A stretch of DNA of 59,634 nucleotides, the filler included, from Sphacelaria rigidula (taxonomy: Eukaryota), in assembly GCA_964200075.2 (NCBI GenBank). It is 5 parts of 5 records of this genome, joined end to end, with 100 filler letters (N's around TTAATTAATTAA, not from the genome) between each part and the next. Parts side by side here need not be neighbours in the genome. Positions count along the whole stretch, not along the records: positions 47,789 to 59,634 come from CAXNAA020004429.1; 4 more parts are not named here. One strand, given 5' to 3'. The notes below the pieces were generated by a model. That model saw only the letters and a list, made by a program, of their open reading frames with translations. It ran no database searches and was not told the DNA's origin. Positions 48,969 through 59,634 of this stretch are shown here, in pieces; within the stretch, counting starts at the first letter, position 1; each line of letters opens with the position of its first letter. The position numbers and the translations under genes are program-made.

Positions 48969-51900
48969 GCTCGATCGCTCCTACCTAGACTTCGGACGTG
49001 TCTTGCACACGGGGGCCGAGGAGCGAGAGCTGCACATCGTCAATACCGGGAGAGTGGCTTTTCCCTTCAGGGTCCTCCTCGACAAGGTTCGTGACGCGGC
49101 AGGCACATTTGAAAACCTGAGTTGCTGCTCGCAAGTACGCTTGCTTGGAATTGATACATATTGGTGTTTTCTTGAAAATAGCATCGTACTGAGAACCCTT
49201 CGAAGAGATCGCTAGGATGATACGAAGTAGCTGATAGATATCAAGATACCCCTAAAGATAGGGGGGGCGAGATGTTTTTGCAGGCTGCGTCGTGTCTGCG
49301 CCTTTTTGTGGTACGTTTCCTGTTACAAATGGATACGCACCTTTGCGTATTTTTCTTGTAAACTACCTGCTTTCATTAAAGAGTTATCCGCAGGGTAAAC
49401 GTTTCGCAACCCTTCCGTTGTCGGCTAGATATTCCCACGCTTGGACCATCATCCGCGGAGATCATAGCTCTTCGTACCATGGATACATCGATGCGCATAG
49501 TAGAGGAGATAGCTCATGTGCCGTACGGGTGCCTTGTTGTGATATGGTCAATATAGTGGTCAGAGTGTTAGGGGTCAACCTCGCCAATCTTCAATGCAGG
49601 TGAAAGGATCTGAAGAGCACGGTCATCACCCCGAATCTGTGATGACTAGGTGACAAACGCCTGGTATATACAGGTGTTAAACTCAGGCCCAAGTAGGGAT
49701 CAACACTTGGAGCACTAGAGCGACACTTTGATACACATAACATGCGAGTATCAGGGAGATTTTCATGCCCGAATCGTCCGGCGAGTATCGTACAGGAGAT
49801 GCTTACGCGACGAGGAGATGAACATGACATTATGGAACACCCGGGTGTAGACTATGGTGAAAGTGGTCGATGCATTTTTTCTTGTCTTCTGCTTTTTCGG
49901 CGGTTTCCACTGAGACGTTTCGAGTTCATTTCCTGTGTTTGAGACAGTCGTGCGGCGCAGAGCCTTGATGAGAGCAGTCATCACACGCGACGTGTAGCGC
50001 ATGGTTTTCACGCTTGTTGAGCGACCATTTCACCTCCTCATATAGATGTTCGCGTGTTCAGGTATCAGCGCTTTGTACTATTATGATCATCGTAAAGGTA
50101 CTGCCAAGGCTGGGTGTACCTTCACCACTCCAGGTCTTCTCACGTAGTCATTTCGAGACGACGGCATATTTTGGAACATCCAGTGGGCGGAGGCGGGGTG
50201 GGGGTGTACCCATGATCTTGCATGCCGTAGTCATAAGACCATTGACCTCGTATCGCTTCAGAGCCGGGACGGAGCACACGGGGTTTTCGCCGGACCAGGT
50301 TGTCAATTACCAAGCGTAAAGCGCCGTGATGTGCTCGACGATTCGCATGAATGGTGAGCTGCATCCTGCAAAGATTGTTCGGCTCGAAGCGTACTGATTA
50401 TCTTGCATATGGATGGCAGTCTCCAATGAGTTGCTTCATTTTCTGGTATCGCCACTTCCAGAGATAGCCACGGGTTACGCGCCTCATGGGTGTCCTACCA
50501 TCGGTGGCTGGAAACGGGTGGAAGGGTATCTACATGAATGTGGTGTCTGCAGGAGGATGTAGTTGGGTATTAAATATCAACGCGAATAGTGCGACGCTTC
50601 ACAACACTTGATAAGGCCTAGCACAAACACAAGCCATACACGAATTGAAAAAATGCCTTCAAACGTCGATGTATGGAACGACGTGTGTGTTCTGTCGTGT
50701 ATACCTAAGTTTAGGAGCAGTATCCTGGACGTCTCGTATAGATCAACAACCAAAACTATGAGGAAACGTATTATTTTAGAGCTATCGCTTGTGCGAATTC
50801 GCTTTAAACAATTGGGGCTTTAGGGAACGAGAGCTTGAGATTTGCGCACCAGGTGGGACAAAAGGCCTCTGGGCTGACAGTTGGGCCGAAGATCCGTGTG
50901 CGAGAGGTGGTCCCGATCGTGTGAGCAAAAACGCTCAGGTATACATACGCGAGTAGAATTATAATCCACTCGCATATATATATGCCAGTATAACTATACT
51001 CTATTCGCATCTTTATCACCTCTGCTCTTCTCAATCGATCGTCACGAAAACAAAATGTTCGGAACGTACATGTGTCATCATATTACTGGTCATCCGTGGC
51101 TTGCTTTCGTGCCCGACGTACATTTGTTGCACCCTTCTGTTCTGACAATAAAGGTGACTAGGCCCGGTGTGTTGGAGGTGCATCCTGCGACGGGTATTGT
51201 ACATGCCGGAGAGGAGAAAAAGAAGGATTCAAACAAAGCTAGGATACTGGTAGGTTGTCTTGGTTGGCGTCAGAATGGCTTGTGTTAGGTCTTCGATTAT
51301 GTTTTTGCTATTTTTCTGGCATATGGCTGGTGACCGGTGTATTGGCCAGCAGTAAGAAAATTAGATCATTCCACTCACGTTTGGAATCAAAAATATCACC
51401 ATTTTTTTTGGTAAGCGCAAGGAAGCCTCAGCATAGCACATCAACCTACGATCATTGACATCCTCTCAGATAATGATGAAACTGTAGATCGTTGTAAAAA
51501 AAAAGAGTATGATTCGGGCAGGTCCTTTCCGTTTCGAAGCCTAGCATGATTGATTTGGCCGTAATGGTAGTTCTTGACGATTCTCACATGTTTTCATCAC
51601 GATGACTTGTGATTGTATTGTAAAAAAACACGATTGAATTTTTCATATAGATTCCTTGGGGACAACGCAGTACCTGATGCCATCGGAGATGCACGCGACA
51701 TGTGCTGCGTCGTAAACCCGGTTTACCGAACAACAGGTGCACCCATTTGTGAAGTGCCGTCCTTGCCGCCGTCCGCGGATATTGAGCAATACCTTACCTG
51801 TCGTGTGTGTGTGTCAGGCCCGTAGACAGCACTCAACCGCTCGCGAGCTCCATCATAACGTAAACCCGTTCGGTACCCGTTCAGCTAACCCAGTCCAAGA

Positions 51901-54900
51901 TCCACAATATCGGACCGGAGTGTGCATTGGGCGAGTATACATCTAGGTTATGCGCGTAGATCGGGTATACAAGTGGACTGTGTGCCCACGTCATGATGGA
52001 TACTATAGAAGTGACATGCTCCTACCATGACAGCCTTGTGCCATAACAGTATCATGGATGTGTGACGATACTGCCGTGACCCTAGCACGGGAGGAGTAGC
52101 CTACACAAGGTATGGGAACATCATAGCATTTCCATTAAGCTATCACTAACACAATACGTTCACGGTATTGTCATAGTACTCTCACAGTGTACTCATGAAG
52201 ACACCATGTAAGAACCTGGCTACCGATACGAGTGATTTTGCGGTAGGGGAGGCATTTTTTGGCTATGTGCCCTCTTTCTTGTAGGAGCACAAATATCTGG
52301 GGGTCCCTGTGCAGCCCTAACCCTTTGGGGACCGGACTCCCCGAAACTATTGTTTTGCACGCAGAGGCCATTCGGTGAATCGGCATAATTTTCAGTATTC
52401 TTCAAATAAAAATAATGCCGATTCACAAAATGGTCCTTCCAACACCCCGAGCAGCCCCGAGAACCCTTTTGGCTAAAAAACGTGTACCCCTACCGTAGCA
52501 TCACTCATGCTTACCCTGGTACTATCATACACCACCATGCAGGGTATACCATGGCGACCAATGATACACCTTGCTTCGGTTTCTCAGATCAGTCCATTTT
52601 CTCTAGGTTTAGTGTTTTGGCGTCATATCCCTAGAACTACCAGGTGTTGATCAGCAATTTTTGCTCTTCACGAAGTCATGGGGCTCGTAGCCTTCCTCGG
52701 CGGAGGCCCCCTCCCCGCCTGGGCGGTTCTTGGGAGAGATGCAGGTTTGCTCATGGTTGTTTTTGATATCCTATGGATCTTTCTTTTTCATCGCACTTTG
52801 AACCCCTTCCCCTCATCGGGATGAGTCTGTGGTCTCAAGGGATCAACCCACCTCTCCCCCGGATCAGGAGATCGTTTTGTTTCACCAGTCTAAATGCGTG
52901 CAGCCAAGGTGTATAGAAAGCTACCGTAGAAACGACTCGATGGAACACCGCGTAGCCGTGTCAGCAAACTAGTTCACCTCCCAGTACGTATCGAAGGATC
53001 GGTGCAGTCATCTACATCTTCCGTGGTCTTACGTTTGAAAAATACCATAGTACAGCGACATCATGGATATATAAGACAGTAGTATGTGTAGCACTCTCGC
53101 CCACTCCGTTGCGTTTGACGAAAGGATGAATCTCGGGCTTTGGTTTTTGAGAGAGGGCACCTTCGATCGGTGTGTCGAAAATATCACATCTATTATTGCC
53201 GTCGTTGCACCTTTTCACCAACTGCACTATGTCTTTGCACCACCGTCTCTATCTTCGTGAGCGCGATGACACGGAGCAGGGTTGAATGTAGATGGTTATC
53301 GTTACTAGCAGGGTAAACGGGGGAAGGTATCCTTGTCACCGTAGTACACAGAGAGGAAGACAGTACTATTTTCCTCTTCCCTTCCCAGCACACGTTGGTT
53401 CCAGCAAACCCCCGCAATCACGTTGTTGTACGATTCGGCAGCACCAGGTTGGGCAAGGGGATCGGAAGCCTCGTACCATACACTATGCAAAGCATCATCT
53501 CCGGCGGAGTAGTCTAACGACACTGCGCGTTACTAACCCCTTCGCCATCGTTGAAGAAATCCACATTGTCGGAGCAACTGGGCTTTCCAAGTTGTGCCTG
53601 GACTGCTACAGCGTCATCATCCACGACTCAGAAGTTTCATAAAAAGTGCCGGCTTTGTTCCCTTCGCCCCCCCTTTCTCCCCTGTGCCTTTTGATCGTTG
53701 GCGTCGGTTTGCAACGATGCTGTAAAACACACCATTCACTGCGTAAGCTGGGCAATCAGGTTTCCGTTTTTCTTTTTCGCTTGTTTTTTTTTCTTGGTGA
53801 CCATGATGTTAGTCGAGCTAGACATATTGTGCGGAGTGGGAGAACCTCAACTCGGCGCAAAGGGAAGGATCGTATACGTAGCGCTTATATGGTGAGACAC
53901 CCATGAGGCAGGGTGTATCCCGTGGCTGTCTCTGACGATGGGGATGCCGGAAAATGAAGCACAACTCATTGTAGGCTGTAATCCATTTGCAAGATAATCA
54001 GTACGCTTCGGGCCGAACAAACTTAGCCGGATGCAGCTTACCCTTCATGCGACTTGCCGAACATATCACGGAGCTTTGCGCATGGTGATTGATTGCGAAA
54101 ATGGTCTGGCGAAACCCGGCGTGCTCCTTCCCGGCTTTGTAGGGATGCGAAGTCAATGGTGATTCGTCTACTGCATGCAAGATCATGAGTACACCTCCCC
54201 CTGTCGTTGAACGCTTCGAAAAAGGTGCGATTCCGACCTGGATTGCCGGAAAAGATGAGAGAAACGTTGGTTATCGAAGCCGGTCACTTCGACCCTGTCG
54301 AGGTGAGGGGTATTATATATATATATATATATATATACAAGAGTTTCTGCGGCTTCGCCGCCGCGATCAGTGGACCGACAGCCAAGGCACATGACCACCG
54401 GTGATAGCTGTGTGCGTTGCGCAATGGCAAAGGTCATATTTTGGAGGAGAAGCCGCAGCAGCTCATGGGCTGAGCACGGTAGTCAATCTCGATCATGGAT
54501 TCTTTAATTGAGTGAAGTTTGATGCTACTTCAACAGATGACCTACTTTTCTTGCTGTCAAAGGGTTGATGGAGAGCGGCGGGAAATTTTTGTCGTGTCTA
54601 GTGATTGTTTTATGAGCATGATGCCGGTTCGGTTTTCATGTGAAATCGATGCCGATTACACTAAATACTTATATTGTTCCGTTTTAAGCCCGAAGAGCAA
54701 CGTGGATTATGAGTACGTACGAAGGCTCAACACAGTCCATCACAATCAAAGATGAGCCTAAGGAATTGACCGCCCCCGCAAACCAAGAACACACACGGTG
54801 GCAACGAATTTGACCATTTGATCACCAACCAAGAAACGGATTGACCGACAATCAAAAACACATATAGCGGCAACAAATTTGCCCATTTGACTGCCATGAT

Positions 54901-57900
54901 AGGTTATCTGTTGTTGGATCGGCATCAGTTACTTGGACCTGACGAATTGCTGCGTGGCCCAGATGACCTACCCTACCGGTCAAAGGATTACAACAGTAGA
55001 AATGAAGTGAAGTCGCGATACACATGCATTATAGTTGTATGCGTTGAGTGTCACTCAGAAGGAGTTCAACGCAGGAAATTCTTTGGTGGTCGCCTTATTT
55101 TTTCATCGCGAGAGAGGTTCAGCGGTCCCTTTCCCTCGTCGGCCGTGAAATCGAATTCGGTCTACCCGCGACATAGTCACCGTCCACTGTTGGACATGGT
55201 GTGAGATAAAATTCCACGTCTTGTGACTGCACTGAGGTTCGAACCCACGACCCAACCATCATGAGGTGTCGGGGTTATCAACTGAGCCAACGGGGCGACC
55301 GTCTCCCGACTCAAATACGAAAAAATAAAAGCCGGCGCCTCATGACGAAAAAAACGCATGTACGGCAGAGTAGTAGCAGCAGCAGCAGCAGCAACAACAG
55401 TCCAGAGACAGTAAAAGGGGAGTACAGTCGAGACGATGCGACATGCGGGCAAGATCACAACATGCTCCCGGTGTGCCCCGAGATTGAACGGAGAGTCGTT
55501 CCGCACAGCCCATCCAACTGAGAATGATGCCGATTTAATTTTCAAGTGAAAACGATACCGGTTACACGAATGAACGTGTTATACGGTAAGAGGTGGCAAG
55601 TACAATCTCGGACGCCCAAAGGGTTCACCGTCACACCAGTGAGAAAAAAATGGGGCGAAACCATCATGCACAGCACAGCCCGGAAAGCAATGCTTCCGAA
55701 ACCCAAGCAGGACCGGAATGTCTAGCGAAATGAAAGCGAAGGGGCTGATGTGGAAAACGTGTACTCTCTAAAATCTCAAGCAAGAAGAAATGCTGTCTTG
55801 TCAGAGCTTCAGGGAACGAAATGACCCCGTTTCGCTGTACTCTAGAATCAAGTGAAAGAGTGCACCTGTCTGCAGGGCTCGCCAATGGGCAGAAAGGTAA
55901 CCTGTATATATGTTTGATTGATACCATCGCGGGGACATTGAGGGCGTTTGGCGCTTGGGTAGTTTTTGAAATGATTATCCGTGTATCGGCGCTGCGACGG
56001 GGACAAAGAGAGTACCTGGCGTCTCCGAAGCTGAAACAATAGAGCTGACTCACTACGGGAAGCACAACAAAGCGACTTAGATTTCAGCGGGGAACCTTAC
56101 CGATTCCCTCCACCCTCAAACCACACCTCCGGGCTGCCCCACTTGCTGCTGCGATTTGACGCGGACGTGATCGTTACATCTGCGCCACGCAGGACGATGC
56201 CGTAGTATTTATTCTTGGTGCGTGTTTAACAGCCATTCTTTTCTCCGAACGCGGGTTACTATCTCGTGATACAACAACATGAACGAAGATAAGGTGGCGG
56301 CAACATCCTTGGCGGGGAACAGTTGTTTTCATCTCAATCCAGACGAGTATGATAATGCCCTGACCCACCTACCGCGATATTTACGTGCGTCAGATTTCTA
56401 TCTTCGGACGGGGCGTATACGCAGCAATTGCTGTCTCTCTTCCGCGGGATATGACCCTAACACCGTGGGGGCATCTGGTCACCGATGAACCGGGGCAGGT
56501 ATGAAAACGTTCTGAGGAACCGGAACGCGAGGAGGTCAAAATGATTATTTCGGCTTCTGGTTGTTAATAAGTAAGTATTGCGTCTGCTGCCCGGCAATTT
56601 GGGGCGCACACACGTAATGCTGGGTTACACAATCGCATCATTTTTCTTTGACGATGGAACAGAACAAGATCCCCACACAAATACAAACAAATATGAAATT
56701 CACGTTGTAGAACATACTATCAGTTTTGGGTGTTTTTAGAGGGTAATTTTTACTCTCAAGATATATCATGTTTCTCTGCCGTCATGCAAATAATGCTCCC
56801 CCCCCCCCGGCCCCCCCCCCCCGGCGCGCAGTCAACCCAACGCACTTTGGTCGGTCCCAGTGTCGCTGGATAGCATACCTCGTTTGTGGAGATGTATATC
56901 GGACATCAGAATATTAGGAAACTGCGGGGTCTATAGCTCAGATTGGTTCAGCGCATCCATTGGCATCATGCCAAGCGATTCGTTGTGCGTGACATATCGT
57001 GCAGGGTTGCTACGAAGCCACGATCAAAGGACAACTAAAACACGGGACACATCGCCGCACAACTTCAGAAAGCCCAATCGCCCTCGGCTCGATGATGAAT
57101 ATTTCTCCATTATTGTTTCCCTTTGCCTTTCATCCAACTTAAGACCGCTTCGATCTTTCCAAACGTTCCCCAGCGCTGTTGCTACATAACAGGTAGATAC
57201 GCGCACTCGCCGCCTGTGCACTAACGTATTTGGAGATCATAGTGCATGTTTCACCTGATACAGTCGCACCCCGTGTTCCCGCTTGATATACTGCGTCCTG
57301 AGCATCAGGTGACATGGACCACTCTGCTAGGGGACGCACGACAAGGTCTCGCTAACTCCGATACATCCGTCGATCCTCCCGACGAGCGCGATCTACCTCC
57401 ACCGCCGAGTGCTTCGACCAACGCCGGCTTCGCCAGTGCGACAGCAACCACCAGTGGAGGTAGTTACGGTCATCACGGGCCGCCTGGAATAGCAGGAAAT
57501 CATTCTGGCGGCGATTATGTGGCGACACCCAACACGGTAGGGTTGGGACCGCAAATCGAACTCTCGTGCGTCGTGAGTTTCCACGCCGTTGTTTTTGATA
57601 ACCGCTACACAAAATCAATCAGCGCGAAATATATAGGCGGGCTTCGAATGACTCCTGATGTTCCGTGGTACTTCAGTAGCGTGGTGGTCACGACCATTAC
57701 GGGCGTCGTGGAATTGCCGGAAGTAATGTACAATCATTCGACGGCGACTGCCGAGCAACACGTGAATGAGTAGGTTCTGCGAACCGTGCCGCACCTCAGA
57801 AATTGAGTCATTTGCCAATATAGATTTTTGTTACGACTTAGTCTGTCATGTCGTTCTGTTCGATCTTCTTTTTTTTTTTCCTGTTCCTTCTTTTTCTCAG

Positions 57901-59356
57901 AGCATGTTTCAGTTTCGTTTTTCTTGGGGACGTCTATCATGACACCACGGCTGGACCCCTCGGGGGTCAGTTAAAGCGCGACAATCAATCGATCAATCAA
58001 TCAGATACACAGCTTGATTGAGTCCACACTTAAAAGTCACCTTGGTCGCCCCCGGCTCTTCAGTTGTATGATTATTCTTCTCGATAGTAGCGTCCGTTTT
58101 TTCGTCATCAATACTACGATAATAGCGCGATCAGATAGGAACGGCAACATCCCACACCTTCTACATGGGTGGTCGGAAGGTACGTTGGTGAGGGGAACTT
58201 CAGACGAAGGCAAGCACGGACAACGCACCCCTATCTGGTTTGAATACAGCAGTCTGGTTGAAGGCGCGAGACGCGACCATGCCTCTGTTTCAAAATACCT
58301 CAGAAATGAAGATGTGTGTGTATGCGTTTGTGTTGTTTCTAAAACGAATCCAGAGTCGAGTGCGATGACCTATTCAAGTGGCGGTCCCGTAAATATTGCT
58401 GTGTTTCCGCCAAATACTTCCAACTGGCGCTCTCCTTCCTTCAGGGTACGGGAATCGTCGCTACAACGGCGGGAAGCGTAGACGGACTTTCCTCTACTGC
58501 TCCCGACGGCGGCGGTAGCGGCGGCGGGTGGGGGGCACGTGGGGGGAGTAGAAACACGGGCTTCGGGGCAACATCGGCACTCGCAGGGCAGGAACCCGGG
58601 GTCGGAGGCGGTCCCGGAGGCCTGAGCCACTTTAACACGGACATGGAAGCGAACCGTTTGGCATTCGTCCGTTATATTCAGGCAGGCCGTAATTTTGTGG
58701 AGAAATGAAGAGCGAGTCCTAGTTGTAGTTGTCAGAGAGGTACGATGGCACCGTGAGAAATGGCGTCGTCCATCGTGGATCGTGCGCACAAGTTTGATGG
58801 TGTGTGTCGAGGGGTAGTTTCGTTTCGACGCATCGGCAGCCCGACTCGACTTCGATCTTCGCGGAGAAATAACTTTGCTACTAATTTTGGTACTGCCTGT
58901 AGCCGGAGCAGCTTCACCTGATGCGACACCCGCCACAGACAGAAGAAAAGCATAGATACGACCGTATACAACACCTGCGCATTCGTGGAGAATAAATACC
59001 CTTGAAGGGTAAGATTGCCGCAAGTGTCCCGGTCGAGTGCAACGTTTTGATCACACGCAGAGTGAGGGCATTGATCGTATACTTGTACGACATATATGAA
59101 CCACACCGCGATCACGGTATTCTAACGGGGGTCGGAGTTACTTGAGAGTTTTCTTCACAGGCTGCGGCTGCGCGCATCATGTTTCCAACATAAAAACAAC
59201 AAACGGGCCTGTAAATCCCAGGCGGAGAATGAGGCTGTCGAACATTCCCTGGCGGCCGAAGCATTCAACGAAGCGAACAGCTTATCCGGAAGGACCCTCG
59301 GCACTGGTAGTACCCGAGGCGGCAGTCGCCGTACGGAGGGTGGAGGTGATGACGAG
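48969..59356 (+). CDS. HYDIN: HYDIN (axonemal central-pair protein), seven internal exons, partial at both ends
   Basis: Exons 48969-49086, 51154-51249, 54225-54302, 56394-56498, 57264-57536, 58445-58681 and 59222-59356, phase-consistent. LDRSYLDFGRVLHTGAEERELHIVNTGRVAFPF-VTRPGVLEVHPATGIV-VRFRPGLPEKMRETLVIEAGHFDPVE-ISIFGRGVYAAIAVSLPR...DMEANRLAFVRY follows the Hydin ASH-domain motif order as I recall it (NTGKVGF..PG.PE..AH.DP..GEG.FP...LPR..ME..RL). Confidence 0.82.
55100..55301 (-). mobile_element. tRNA-derived SINE in a HYDIN intron
   Basis: A box TGGCTCAGTTG and B box GGTTCGAACC on the minus strand; homologous to 33891-34079. Confidence 0.78.
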
Positions 59357-59634
59357 GTACGATGCAGCGAGGTATAATGCGTGCCCGGCAGACCTAATCG
59401 GCACACGTGAGCAGTTGAAAACATTGAGCGTAGGGGGCAAGGGGACGGGCTGTAGTCACCGGGGGTTACGCATGACATTTCACTTTCGTCGCACTCTCCC
59501 CCTCCACCTCGGGTAACCGTGATGGTCGTCGAGTTTGAGCACATTGTACGGGGGGGGCGTACTCATTTGTTGCTTGCCTTAGTCATTTGACCATTGACCA
59601 CGCATCCCTTTCGAGACGGAGCATTGTACGGGGG

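Overview
This is eukaryotic nuclear DNA with GT-AG introns. The gene and repeat content suggests a brown alga or other stramenopile, which is an inference. The window is not one locus. It is five unrelated contigs (1-11848, 11949-23795, 23896-35742, 35843-47688, 47789-59634; 11848, 11847, 11847, 11846 and 11846 bp, i.e. sorted by length) joined by artificial 100-bp N44-TTAATTAATTAA-N44 linkers. Contig 1: 3' end of a probable sulfotransferase, two families of decayed ~240-bp repeats, a complete 5-exon RPL12 (uL11) gene with a compact four-hairpin element in intron 2, and a divergent ORF. Contig 2: a La-motif protein gene with an intronic MITE, and a calpain-like gene lacking the catalytic Cys. 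Contig 3: a tandem-Tudor/coiled-coil gene, one exon of which lies in the loop between two inverted arrays of palindrome-punctuated ~238-bp repeats, plus a SINE and a TA-flanked MITE. Contig 4: a probable hAT end and a decayed Ty3/gypsy retrotransposon with a CCCH zinc finger in Gag, a triplicated RT catalytic motif, and chromo-like plus Tudor-like modules after the integrase. Contig 5: seven internal exons of HYDIN, including a probable GC-AG intron. Most short ORFs in the supplied track are spurious; gene models were built by hand from splice sites and phase continuity.
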